This document shows, in pieces, positions 21,860 through 34,747 of a stretch of DNA of 64,000 nucleotides (its first letter is position 1; every line of letters starts with the position of its first letter). The stretch is taken from NCBI GenBank assembly GCA_026023565.1, contig JAPETS010000028.1, positions 248,001-312,000 on the forward strand, in the 5' to 3' direction. This DNA comes from Cirrosporium novae-zelandiae. Its lineage: Eukaryota. Below the pieces are notes generated by a model. The model was given only the letters and a program-made list of their open reading frames with translations, was not told the DNA's origin and did not search any database. The translations under genes and the position numbers were made by a program.

Positions 21860-24800
21860 ATGTCACAACATGAGCTTTCTCCAGCTCCGTCAACCACCTC
21901 CAAAGGACTAAAAAAAGTCTTCTCCAAACATTCCAAAACTAGCGGCGGCAACAGCATCTCGAGTGGCTCTACACATGATCTTATAGATTATAACGGACTA
22001 GAACGCAGAGATACCCGAGCCTCACTCGATTCGGCAATCAGCAAGTACAGAAGTCATGGAGAAGGATCTGAAGGCCATACAGAACATCGATCGACCAAAG
22101 ACAGGCTCAGCAAATTCATTGGCGTGGGCAAGAAGAAGCGTCGCAAGAGACATGGTGGACCAGAAGACGACGACGAAGAAGAAATGTCTCGAGGTCGCAG
22201 CACCAGCCAGCGAGACCTGACAGAGTTCCTGGGGGCGGATCTCAGGAACCTAAATGGAAGCCAGAGTACATTGGACAGAGGATCTGCAGATGAGAACCTA
22301 TTAACGTATGATTCGGGACCCGAACAGTGAGTGATCCTTTAATAACAGTATGAGCTGGCCTGCATAAGAAAAAAAAGGCTAGGAGTGGTTCTATTTATCT
22401 ACAGCACATCACACATCTCATTTAACGAATACGGCACTGGATTTGAATGAGTGGTTTATTCATTGCTTTTCCAGTCAGGCCACTCTTGAGTTGGGGGATG
22501 TTTTCAAGGGATTTTGAGGCTTCTTTTGGGGCTTCTTTTAGGGCTTTGGATACTCTCGTGCTTGGACCACGTCAACATTCAAAATCATTCAAATCACATT
22601 AGATCGGCCGAACTTTGACCGCTATCCGACGTCTTACAATTGGAAAAGGAAGCTGACTTTTCCCTTCTCCGAACATCAGGCATCTTCCAAATTCAGAGAC
22701 CCGTCCCACGCTTTCCACGCATAATTCCTATACCGGACACTTGACCGCTTCCTCTCCACGAATTACAACTACCCATGTTCACCCTTCAAACTTCGATCTG
22801 CATCCTTCCCAAACTCTGCCCCAACTCCGTTCTGCTACAGACTTCGAGTCTAGCCCAAGTCCTAAGCATGCAGATAGCTTGCGAGCCGATGGAGGCAATT
22901 CAACATCACGGAGAGCCATCTCACCAGCAAGATTGAAAGATGCTTTCTCCTTCAAATATAACAAGGACAATAGTACAGAACCCAATCTAGCGTCGACCCA
23001 TTCTAATGGTAATACCTTTCGTCCCTCCTCAGAATATCTTAGCAACGGTAACGGGAGCTTAAGTACGAGGAGAGCAGCTAAAGGATCCGATAATTATTCT
23101 CCTATACCTAAGCCGATCGAGACAAAGTCTGAGGCAAAAGGTTCGAATACTAGTCTTCCAGCCCTGCTTACCCAGCCAGCAACTCCACCTAACAGTTCAT
23201 CATCCGCTCTCCAAACCACTGTTACTCCTCCAACACCTACAGAATATCGCGCAGAGTCTTTGGCCCATGCGAATACGATATCCAATAAGAATCCAGAATC
23301 ACCTGGGCGTAACAGTAATGTTATAGTCTCTCCCTCTGGTAATATGATATCTCATCGACGCATACGCTCGGCTTCTGCGGCTCATCAACCAAGCAAGCTT
23401 TCTAATGCCATTTCCGCTCCCTTGACTCCTACAATCGAGGAAGCAAGGTCCCCTGCTGCATCCCGTACACCATCAGGGAACCTTACCGCAGGTCTTGGTG
23501 GGGGTTTCTTCTCTTCCGTGTTCTCTGCAGCACAGAATGCTTTAAATCTCACCAACAACTCAGGAACGGCCCCAACTACTCGAAGTGGTACCCAACCAAA
23601 CGCTCCAGAAACCGAAAAATTTGAGGATATCTCCAAGGATAATACAAACGAGAAGAGTGAATCCACCGACAAGAATATTGAAGACGCTCCAAAAGAACAA
23701 CCGAAGCAACCTGCGATAGAGACTCTTGGAATGGGAGACCTGAGCTTAAGCCATCTAGGCATACAGGAGAATGATCCGCAATTTATGTCGAACGGCATAA
23801 TGTCGAGCCCTCAAAGCATGGCAAGAGATGATACTACGCAAGCAGATGGAACTTCCCTCAACGCCGACAATGTTCACGCTGCTCGGGCTGTTTCAGCGGC
23901 TTACAATGAAAAGATGTTTGAGGACAACTCGGTTACTCCAATTGCTGAGGATTTCCCTCCAGGAATGAGCATTCACCGGCCCAGCTCCATTTATTCGGGA
24001 CTTGGCAGTGGTGATGGAACTCCGCCGAATGGCAGTATACTTGAGGGTGAAGGCGGAGGCCTAAGGCGAACTGGAAGCATGCGCAACAAGTTTTCCCACA
24101 AGACCCGAAACTCCGCGGCTTCCGCAATTGCTGTGGCGATTGCTGCTAGTAGCAGCACACTAGCAAATCCAACTATATCGAGCAATATACCTAGGCTCAC
24201 TGGATTTGCCGTTGCACCAAAGAAGAGGAATAAGGAGTTCCACCAGCTGTTTCGCAGTGTTCCAGAAGATGATTATCTTATTGAAGATTACAGCTGTGCT
24301 CTACAACGAGATATAATTCTTGCTGGAAGAATATATATCTCTGAAGGACACATCTGCTTCTCTAGCAACATCCTTGGTTGGGTAACGACGTTGGTCATAA
24401 GCTTTGATGAAATCGTCTCTGTAGAGAAAGAGTCAACTGCTATGGTGTTCCCTAATGCAATCGCCATTCAAACGCTACATGCTCGACATACATTTCGAAG
24501 TCTTCTGAGCCGAGATACCACATACGAACTTATCATTGGTATATGGAAGATTAGTCACCCAGGCCTTAAGAGCTCTGCCAACGGTGTCCAACTTGACGGA
24601 GGAGCAACAGGTGATAAGACTGAAAAGGTTGATAGTGATGATGATAGTGAGACAAGCACAGATGTAGATGAAGAGATTTATGACGAAGATGAAGAAGATG
24701 GTCCTGGTAGCTTCATTGACGCTCCTGAAGGTAGTGTAGGTGGAAGTGAACTAGGGGTTGAGCCCCCTCATAAAGTTGTGAGTCGGAAGCCGTCTGCAAT

Positions 24801-26230
24801 TGGAGCAGACAATCCTTCAGCATCAGCACTGTCTCTGCCGAATGGAGATGCTAAAACTGGCGGGGCTCCCGCCGCCCAAGATTTCCCAGGTCCTGCGGCT
24901 CATGCGCCCACTGAATGTACTGATATGACAACCCATTATGACAAGATTATCAAAGATGATATCATTCCAGCGCCATTGGGGAAAATATATTCTTTAACTT
25001 ATGGCCAAGAATCTGGTGCTTGGTTCACTAAGTGGTTACTAGAAGACCAAAAAGTTATAGATCTACAAATGGACGATGATGCTAAGAAAGGGCTTTCCGA
25101 GGACATCAAGACGAGGAAATATTCCTATATCAAACCTCTTAATGCTTCTCTGGGTCCAAAACAGACAAAATGTTTAATATCGGAGACCATAGATGCCTTT
25201 GACCTTGACAAAAGTATATCGATCACATCCGTCACTCAAACACCGGATGTTCCTAGTGGCAATGCATTTGTTGTCAAGACAAGATACTGTTTTACGTGGG
25301 CACCAGGTAATGCTACAAAGTTACTGATAACATTCACCACCGAATGGTCAGGTAAAAGTTGGCTTAAAGGTACTGTTTGGCCCTGGTTCCTCCAAGTATC
25401 GATTATTAACATTATGATGTATAGGTCCCATAGAAAAGGGAGCGTATGATGGCCAAATAAGCTTTGCAAATGATCTTACAAAGGCTCTCCGTGGAGCTGT
25501 CACCACCCGTGCTCGTGGGGCGACTACCAGCTCTAAGAAAGGCAAATCTAAGAAAAAGAAGGACGACGGTCTTGGGGCTGAAGATGTCAAGGCCGCTGAA
25601 GAAGCGCCTGCACCTGCTGTTCCAGCTCCCGTTGAAGACTGGGGCTTATTCGAAATATTCCGACCTTTCCTCTCTCCGGTTGTCGATATTCTACGTCCGC
25701 TAGTGTCTGGCAATGTTGCAACCATTGTCTTTATGATCATGTTTGTTGCACTACTATTGAACTGGTTCAAGGGACCTGTTCCACCACCACAAGGCACAGG
25801 ATTCGGATTATTGGCAGGCCTACCTGCTACTCCAGAACGCATTGCAGCATATGAAGAGATGTGGCGGACAGAAGAAAGTATCTTATGGGATTGGCTGGAG
25901 GACCGGACAAAAATGAACGGGTTCCTATATCCAGTTAACGTTAATGGGGACGACCTATTTTCCAGGCTCGGCAAGACGCGTGGAAATATCGTACCTAGAC
26001 AAGAGGAGGGTTTAGAGGCACGGCTGGCAAGGGAAAGTATGAGCCAGAGAGAACTCATGGAAGCCATTCGTGTGACTCAAGAGAGATTAGATGCTCTGAA
26101 GAACATTGTCGATGATAGAGGGGGTGCCGGAAATACACCTGGAGAATCGAATCCCTTGCAAACCCCCCCATCTTCCACCAGTTGTGGAAGATGTGGCAAG
26201 GGAACAACAGTACCACAACCTGCAACTTGA
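21860..26230 (+). CDS. LAM/Ysp2-type membrane-anchored sterol transfer protein (GRAM + VASt/StARkin + TM; exons 21860-22326, 22680-25369, 25425-26230; ~1320 aa)
   Basis: GRAM KRNKEFHQLFRSVPEDDYLIEDYSCALQRDIILAGRIYISEGHICFSSNILGW; VASt TQTPDVPSGNAFVVKTRY...WSGKSWLK|GPIEKG; TM segment; YEEMWRTEESILWDWLEDR. Exon sum 3963 nt in frame. Confidence 0.92.
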
Positions 26231-26943
26231 CTTTACTTTTCCTTTATAAATTTCCGATCGCTATATACATGGTAAGGGTTTAACTTACTTCGAGTGCTCC
26301 TTTTTTGGGATTTCTTTTGTTGTACAATATGAACGCTGACACGAAACACCCGGGGGACTTTGTGAGCGACTGCTTGACACATAGTTTTTTGTTTTTGGTT
26401 CTTTGATTTTAGATAGCGAGTTCTTTTATTCTTACAGGATAACTCAGAAGGATAACATCTTTGCCATAGGTCTGACAGAACGAATCAAATTCCCTAGCGT
26501 GAATTATTATTATTGCCGCTTCAGGAAAAAGCGCTTTTACAGCTTATTTTTATTTTTATTTTTATTTTTATTTTTGCTCCTACAGATAACGTTCCTTTTC
26601 CTATAAGTGCTGTGTCATAGTGAATGAATGCATACATGCATATAAACATAGCCGATTCTAGGATCTTGTGCCTGGATTCTACTGTGCTGGGTAGGTATAA
26701 TAATTGTCCTAATTACTAAGGTTATTACCTCGGAGATAGTTGCTTGAGAGGGGGCTGTATACTTCCTCTGGGTGTTATTAGTTGGGTCTCGAATGTCCGT
26801 CATAACTCAGGGGGCGACATATGGACCATAAAATGAATCATCATCATCATCATCATTAACTAGACCTCGGGTTATTCCATTGATCAACGCTCAATCTTGT
26901 CTATCAGCCATCACTACCAAATTCGGAATTGGTATCATCGCCT

Positions 26944-29300
26944 TCAGACGAGTGTGATCCGTATCATCTCTCTGAGCGCTCTTTCCATCGGTGGGTCTAT
27001 ATGGTGAAATGGATGCCGGTTCCGCCCAATCTCGCACGCCCCGTCCCGTCCCGATACCGAGTCTTCTAAAGATCCCCTCGCTTGACTTTTTCCGTTTCTT
27101 CGATGACGAGCAGAGCGTACTGGCATTTTGTCACTAGTGTTCCACGAACTAGGCCAGTGGCCAAGAAGAACATGGGTGAGTTCTTTGAGTGTTGTTTCCG
27201 GATCGTTGAGCTGAATGATGGCGATTATTTCATCGGAGTCGGTGTTGTCGTGGAGGTCGTGGTCCGTCGCTTTCGTGGAGTGGTCTGATGTCTTGTTGTC
27301 GAGTTACATCTTGAGGACAGCCGGATCCGCGTGGTTAGTTCCAGTGAGTCGAAGTTTACTCCTTGCTCGTCACTTAGCGGCTAGAGGTAAGGGATGAACC
27401 TCGAGTTTCGATATTGGATAATAGATCGTGCCACCCAGTCTCCCGTTTAACAGGGTTGATAGCCCTGTCCCATGCAGCCCACCCCCATAAACGAGCTCTT
27501 TAATTAGCAAAATGCGACGTCCATGGAATTCAAATTCACTTCTTGGTTTGGTCGGCTTCCGCAGGTAGGTATCTAACCTTAACCAGAGATGATTGGTAAC
27601 CAGGTTTTCAAGCCATAAACCAGAACAGTAGACAGTGGCTATTCGAGATGCAATGGCCTAGCCCAGACCGGCTATTGAGGGTAGCTTGTCAGTAGAAACC
27701 GTAAGATCCGAAGCACAATATACCTCTTGATGATCTCCGTCCGCAGGTTACACAAAACGCGGGGCGAGAGATTTATGTATTTGCGAAAAGATCCGACTAT
27801 TTTGAAAGAGTGATTCTTTGATGACTGCAACTCTCGCATTATTTTTATTTTCAACTTCGTCTCCCCCGAATCATCCGGGCCTGGACGGTAGGGTGTACTA
27901 TCTTCGGGGGGAATGCAGGTCTAGCACTCCCAGAAAAATTGATTCCAGCCATAATAGGTGATGCGTCTAGGCGGGAGGCGGGAGGACAGGAGGCGCTCCT
28001 GCAAGATCCAGCCATGTTAGTGCCACTGACATTTTTGGAGCTCGTCATCGAAGCATGTCATCCTATTACCGATTAAGGACAGAGCAGCGTACATATATCG
28101 GAGGGTTTGGCCAAGATATAGGATACAGTGAAGCTGAACAGCGAACTTTTTCGACATATGAGACGAGGAACCGCCGGATAAGTCGGATTTTCTCCACATA
28201 CATAATCCCTCATGGCTACCTTCTACACATAGAGTGGCCACTATGCACAATGCACGCTAATTGATATCGCCCATATTTTATGCCTGCTCTCGCCAACCCA
28301 TTTCGTCATCCTGAACAATGCACAAGGATTCTACCTACAAATAACGCACATTCAACTTCTAGACCACGATAATTGCTTCTTGTATCGCCTTTAGAAGATC
28401 ATGCATTTGAGTTCTCCGCTTGAGGCTAGCAATATTGGATGTAGTTGTTGTAAGCACTAGACGCTTTCCCCAGCAGGAGCTCAAGGTGGCATATTGGCCC
28501 AGCTAACCTTCAATTTCAACTAGATGTGGTTGAATATCAAGTCCACCTACATCGATCAATCTTTTTGGCAGTATATTCCCTTTCAGCCCGTCATCTATCC
28601 CTACACCAGAGACAGTCAGCCTACAATGTTGATGGGATTTAACGCAGGTATTGAGCCATTCACGGACTCGGGAAATTTTATATTTCGAATCTAGGGCTTT
28701 CATAAGACGTCCGGTAGTAAGCTTGCGCGCGGCAAGAGGGCTACCTATTGGCCGTGTCAGTCAGACCTCTAGGCTCGTAATGCAAAGAAAATACCTAATC
28801 GTGTAAAAGAGAGTAGCTTTCTTGCCGAGCTGCTTGGATTTGTTAGCATAATTACTCCAACCTCAGTAGCAAACATAAAGATGGGCAATGCAGCCGGGGT
28901 TCGTCAACCCAGGCGAGAACATTTCTTCAAGCTCCTCTTTGATTGTCCTACCAAGCCCCAGGACACTTTGATCATTGTTGCTAATGTCGAATGGGAACTC
29001 CGTAAATAGCCTCATGCTGATATTTTTCCAAGTACCAATTATTTCCTGCTTGTCTCCACCTACAGTCCGAAGCATATTGCAGGATCGACAATTTTCATCG
29101 GCACCGTCAATCGTTCCAAATCTGATGATGACATTCATAGAAATATTGACTTCCATGTAGTTTACGTGTGTCCTATATAGATCCCCACCTTCTTCAGCGT
29201 AAATTGACCACAAATTAGACAGTGGTCCTCCGATTCCGGTCATTCTGCAGCTCTGAATTTGCCTTTCCGTAATCATGCCCCACATGCCGATCGAGGTTCT
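26944..29300 (-). pseudogene. HET-domain (heterokaryon-incompatibility, PF06985-type) pseudogene
   Basis: REWLNTCVKSHQHC, LPKRLIDV, YATLSSCWG, IQEAIIVV*KLNVRYL*VESLCIVQDD..W.EQA*NMGDIN*RA, LPSIAGLG*..YCSGLW, FRRLGIG and terminal ITLV*, with many stops and frameshifts. The 5' boundary is approximate. Confidence 0.88.
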
Positions 29301-29827
29301 GGTACGAACTTTGCTAGATTTTACTCATAAAAAAAGTATTGGGTGTATAGATTTGGGAAATCCGACCATATAAGACGGTTACTCTATGACGGTTTCATGA
29401 GCACCTTAGGCAGACCTGCGACTTGTCAGCTATCATGGAGTCGTTAAAACCTCACCTCCATGGCTAGCAAAGCTAGGCACGGCAGGCTATCTTTTATATA
29501 ACTTGATTTAGAAAAGGACGATCAAGGTCGAAACATCGAATTAAATTAGAATCGCATTAAACATTGTAATGTTGGTTAGTTGACATTGATTCTATAAACC
29601 CACGTTTTAGTAGGCTGAAGAAAACACCCCCATTGTTGTAAAGTTTGCAGAAAAAATACTGATGGGATGGTGTTAGTGTTGTTGTCGCGTTGATGTTTGC
29701 ATGGTGTTTGCCTTGGTGATGTCAATCACAAAGTGATGCGAAGAAAAAGTGTTCGGAGTCTCAATTAGACTACTTTTCTGTTAATATACACACACGATAA
29801 CACACAAGACAATTTACAGAATTCATA

Positions 29828-31652
29828 ATGATGCGAAGAACTACTCTAGTAGTTCCAATACTCCCCCATTACCTCAAGCTATTCTCTCACGTCTCCAAAT
29901 GTATATTTTTCCGACGGCAATATTCTAATCAAATGAATCCAAACCTATACAGCGAGCTCACCTCGATGCGGGTGAAGACCCCATACATCAAGGCTCTTGA
30001 AATGCAACGTGAGCAAAAAGAGAGCTCAGATACGGCTAAAACAGAAGATGCAGGTTCAAAAGTAGAACACCAGCCTCTACAGCCAAGGAGGATGTCAGAC
30101 AGCTATCTCAAACTAGTAAGCTAGTAATGCATGTCAAATATAACACGTTTGCTAAAGTTATGCTAGGTGATTCCTTTTGCTGAGGATCCGTGGCTACTCG
30201 ACAACTATCTCAATGCAACGGGTCATATAAGGAATGTGTGTCCTATGCATAGAGTCGAGACCAGATAACTAACATCTTTTAGAATGGGGGCTTTATTCCA
30301 GGATCTTGACGCTCTTGCTGGTGCAATTGCATATAAGCATGCCGGCAACGATGAAGGAACTATTGTAACAGCTGCAGTGGATCGAATCACCATTAAATAT
30401 CCTCTTAAACAGATATCCAACCTTGAGCTGAGTGGACAGGTCACATTTGCTTCTGGTGGAAGCAGTATGGAAATAACTTTACAGGTCGCAAGGGCACCCC
30501 AAGATGACCAGGAAGTAAAGCAAGAGGACGTTGTAATGAACTGCGTCTTCACTATGGTCTCTCTTGACCCTAAGACTAAGAAACCAGTGCCAACTAACCC
30601 ATTAGAAGTTGTGACAGATGCTGAACGGCGCATCTATGAGCATGGAAAAAAGAACTATCTGGCTCGCAAGGCCATGGTGAAAAACTCACTAGACAAGATT
30701 GCTCCAAATGAAGAAGAGTTTAATTTGATCCACAAGATGTGGCTGGAACATGATTTACGGCGTAAGTAATATATCCTTTTCCTTTTGATGACATGGATTT
30801 ACTTAAACGTTATCATTGAACGCTGCTCCCTGTGAACGTTATTCATCCTGTCTGTTCGCCTGTTAGCCATCATAAAGATGCATATACGATGTCCAAGACC
30901 GGTGCCAGAATAATCAACGCACCATTGGGGTATACCTTGCTTCAACCCGCCGCACGTCGCTAGCGGCATATTTTTTCAGACAGGTTTTCCAGCGACATAA
31001 CACTAACTAGCTGCAGCTGGAAGGAATACCCATCAAAATTGGATCCCCATGGCCAAGGCGGTCATAAAATCAACTCAGATCATGCAGCCTCAGTATCGAA
31101 ATCGGCACAATTTCATGATTTTTGGTGGATTTTTGATGAGACATACCTACGAACTGGCTTTTTGTTGCATCGCTGCCGCCTGCCACACTCGCCCAACCTT
31201 GTAAGTTTTTTCAAACCAAAATTTCCAGTACGAGAATTTTTGCAAATTATTTTTCATAATTGTTTCTAATGTTGTCAAGCATATCCCTCGACCCGAGCAC
31301 CTTCGAGAACCCTGTTCCTGTAGGGAGTGTACTCTACCTCAAAGCCGGCATGGCATACAGCGAACCCATAGCAACGAAACAAGGTGAGGAGCCAACACAC
31401 ACGAGAGTTCAAGTACGGGTGTCAACTTTCGTCCGGGATGTTGCCCACGAGGAATACAAGTCGACAGGCCAATTCAACTACACTTTTCTTGTTGACAAGG
31501 TTGTCAGTGTCATTCCTAGGAGCTATTCTGAGTTCATGGTCTGGGTGGATGCGAAGAGGAGAGTTCAACGGGTTGCTAGCATAGTAGAACGGGAAATGGA
31601 GCCTGGTGTGGAGAAGCTTGATGATGGGAGCGAAGATCGTGTAACGGAGTAA
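29828..31652 (+). CDS. Double hot-dog acyl-CoA thioesterase (ACOT9-like), multi-exon, with a basic N-terminus resembling a mitochondrial presequence
   Basis: RRMSDSY, DPWLLDNYLNATGHI|RMGALFQDLDALAG, IVTAAVDRI, GGSSMEI, QIMQPQYRNRHNFMIFGGFLMRHTYELAF, STFENPVPVGS, TGQFNYTF; intron 30762-31016 phase-checked. Confidence 0.9.
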
Positions 31653-32118
31653 GGAACTAGCGAATGTTCTTTCTGAGATTTTGTCACTGTTTGGGGCAAA
31701 AAAAACCCCTCTCGTGCATTTATAAATGCACGAGAGGCGAATTATTGTGTTTTCCAAGGCATGTACAATAGGCTTTGGGTCGCCAAGGGATAACACTGAG
31801 CGTTGTTAATAGATTGCTCTTAATATCACACTGTACGTATCAAATTCGTAATAATCTTCTTTCAAGTATCATTGTATGGGTTGCTTTGAATTATCCTTAA
31901 TCTTGTTTCAAAGTTAGATGCATGCTTGATATAATTGACTGTACTTTTATTGCGGTCTCTATCCGTTCTGCGGCCTTGAAGCAGGGCACATCTTCTCTGT
32001 TCCTGATTGAAATTCGCTCGGAATCCATTGGTAGCTTTCCAATATCCATCTCTTGGTTATTTGGCGACATGGGATCAAAATCCGATATCAAAACGTCAGC
32101 GGGCAGATATTGCTACAG

Positions 32119-33667
32119 TTAGTTTCCCCACGCGCTAATAGTGCCATCTTGCAACAAATGCTTCAGAACATCGATCTGCTCAATAATACAAACCTTTGCC
32201 GTTCCTCCTTTTGCAGTCCTAGCCTCAACGCTCTTCTGGTAATCAAAACATTTCACTACATCCTGTTCGAATCTCGAGTCAACGCCATGCAACTGTTCGA
32301 ACGACAGCTTGTCCATGGGGACCTTTTCCTTTTCGGCCAACGCGACCACACGACCAGAGATATGGTGGGTTTCCCGGAACGGGACACCCTTTCGAACAAG
32401 ATAGTCTGCTAGATCGGTAGCGAGCATGTCTGGTGATAATGCAGCTTCCATTCTGTCGGGGAAGATGGTGAGTGTGCTCAAGACGCCTGTAGCAATTCGG
32501 ATGCTGTTTCCGGAGGTCTTGACGCAGTCAAGCAATGGCTCGACGCTTTCTTGCAAATCTTTGTCGTAGGTGCTTGGAATTCCCTTCATAGCAATTGCGA
32601 GTGCATTCATATCTGCAATGACTCGGGCAGACTTTCCACGGATGAGCTCGAGGCTGTCGGCGTTCTTTTTCTGGGGCATTAGGCTTGACCCCGTGCTATA
32701 GGCATCGGATAGTTTCACAAAGCCAAATTCTGCAGTAGAATATATAATTAGATCTTCTGCCAGTCGGGAGAGATGAATCATTAGAGAGGTAGCCCATTCC
32801 ATTGCCTCCAGAGCAAAGTCTCGGTCAGCGACTGCACCCATGGAGTTCCAGATCAGACCTTCGAAACCAAGCTCTTTCGCAATCGCGACTCTGTCGACTC
32901 CAAAGGGGTTCCCTGCAAGAGCGCCACAGCCTAGTGGGCATCTGTTTACTCTCTTGATCGTCTCTTTTAGCCTTTGCAGGTCATCAGCTAGGTCAAATCC
33001 GTATTTCAGGAGCCATTGGCTCCACCGAATTGGTTGAGCACGTTGCATGTGCGTATAACCAGGCATCACCGTATCGATTTCTATTTCTGCCCTTGAGGTA
33101 ATAACCTTGAGAAGAGTTTCCAGGAATACTTGTATATTCCTCAACTCATCCCTCAGCCATAACCGCATGTCCGTCGCAACTTGATCATTCCGGCTTCTAC
33201 CCTAGCTATTTGTTAGCCTATTCTTCTCAAGCAGCGAAAAGGAACGACACTTACGGTATGTAATTTCCCAGCAACATCTGTCCCAATAATCTCACCCAGT
33301 CGACGCTCATTTGCGGTATGGATATCTTCATCTACACCGGGCTGTATTATAAACTTATCTGTCGCCCACTCCTCGCTGACTTGCTGGAAACCTTCCTCAA
33401 TTTTGGAGAATTCGGCTTCAGTAAGGACACCAATATTTTTATTTGCCCTAGCATATGCAATTGAACCACGGATGTCTTGGGACCAGAAAGCACGATCGAA
33501 GTAAATCGACTCATTGTACTGTACCATAATCGGGTCAAGTTTTCCTTTATAATATAATTAGTATAGAATTTTCTATGGGGGATGTCTCTAGGAAAAGTAC
33601 CTTCGAACCGTCCTCCCCACAACGCATGCTGCGGCGGAGCTGATGCTTGCTTCTGCTCAGTTGCCAT
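32119..33667 (-). CDS. ARG4: Argininosuccinate lyase (exons 33667-33601, 33544-33255, 33201-32119)
   Basis: [65 protein letters not shown]. Confidence 0.97.
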
Positions 33668-33769
33668 TTTTACTGTATTAGTCTAATAATCGTGGGTAGA
33701 TATTAGCAAAGAATTGGGCCGAAACTGGGTGGCTACAAGACAATTGCTTTTTTTTTGAATCTAGTCAAG

Positions 33770-33776
33770 TGAGTCA
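33770..33776. promoter_or_regulatory. Gcn4/CpcA (cross-pathway control) site TGAGTCA
   Basis: Perfect TGASTCA ~100 bp upstream of the ARG4 ATG, with an adjacent TAGTCA at 33762-33767; arginine biosynthesis genes are established Gcn4/CpcA targets. Confidence 0.7.
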
Positions 33777-33978
33777 AGCACCTTGGTGTCACATCGTTTT
33801 GCGATGATGTTCGTTATCGATAAGGGCACCGGCTAATCTTACTGAGTGGAGAAATGATATTACGAGCATCCACTTCACAACATCATTAAGCTTAACTCTG
33901 GTCTTCATGTACATTTATATCCTCATACCTCTTATATTTTATTATATCTTCTAATAAAGACCCTTCTTGATTCATATA

Positions 33979-34747
33979 ATGTCGTTTGCTAATATCTGGC
34001 ATCTCCGCAAGGTAGCGGATACCTCGACAAAGGCGTGCTATATCTGCTATAAGCCTACAACAAGTGTCTTGATAACCCCAGATAATAAGGTAACTAGAAA
34101 CCATCATATAAAGCTGTTCTAGGATGCCCGCTGACTGAAGATGCAGGATTTCTTTTACGTCTGTCCTGGACACTTGAAAGACCGCGGCTTTTGCTCTCCC
34201 ATCGTTGACGAGGCTGAGGAAGCCGCGAAGAAGAAGAAGGCGGAGCTTGATTTGGAGATTGAAAAGGTCAAGAAGGAATACGAGGAGAAAATCAAGAAGA
34301 AAAAAGACAAAAATAAAGACAAATCAGACAAGCCGAATGACGACAAGGACAAGAAAAAGGAGGACGATGAACTGAAAAAGGCGGAGGCAGAAAAGGACAA
34401 GAAGGTCCACAGTTGTTACCCTTCATCTCTTTGGAGATGGCTAATACTTGGCTTAGATAAAGGCTGTTACAAACGCCGCAACCACCATTTCGAGTCCCAA
34501 GGCGGACGAAGGACCGCGGATCTTTACCCTTCATAAGTAAGTGACGTTGGTGTTCACCTAGAATGATTTTGTGGCAGAGATAACTATTCTATCCTCATTT
34601 GCTCTAGTCTAATCCTCCGATGTTTGTAATAGAAATTTCTACCAAATGCGTCTTGACCGTATAAAAAACGCCGAACTGGCGAAACGAAATCGGGAACGTT
34701 TACGAAATCCTACTTTATTTCCTTCGGTTCCAAAAGGTGACCTTTAA
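33979..34747 (+). CDS. VFA1: Vps4-associated protein 1 (VFA1/DUF1742 family), 4 exons
   Basis: MSFANIWHLRKVADTSTKACYICYKPTTSVLITPDNK|DFFYVCPGHLKDRGFCSP, a Lys/Asp-rich linker, PRIFTLH|..FYQMRLDR...LFPSVPKGDL*. Confidence 0.88.

Noticed and set aside
30895..30950. TPP riboswitch in the thioesterase intron (GGTGC...ATACC)
   Set aside because: Lacks the CTGAGA and GAACYTGAT...TAAT...GCG core elements.
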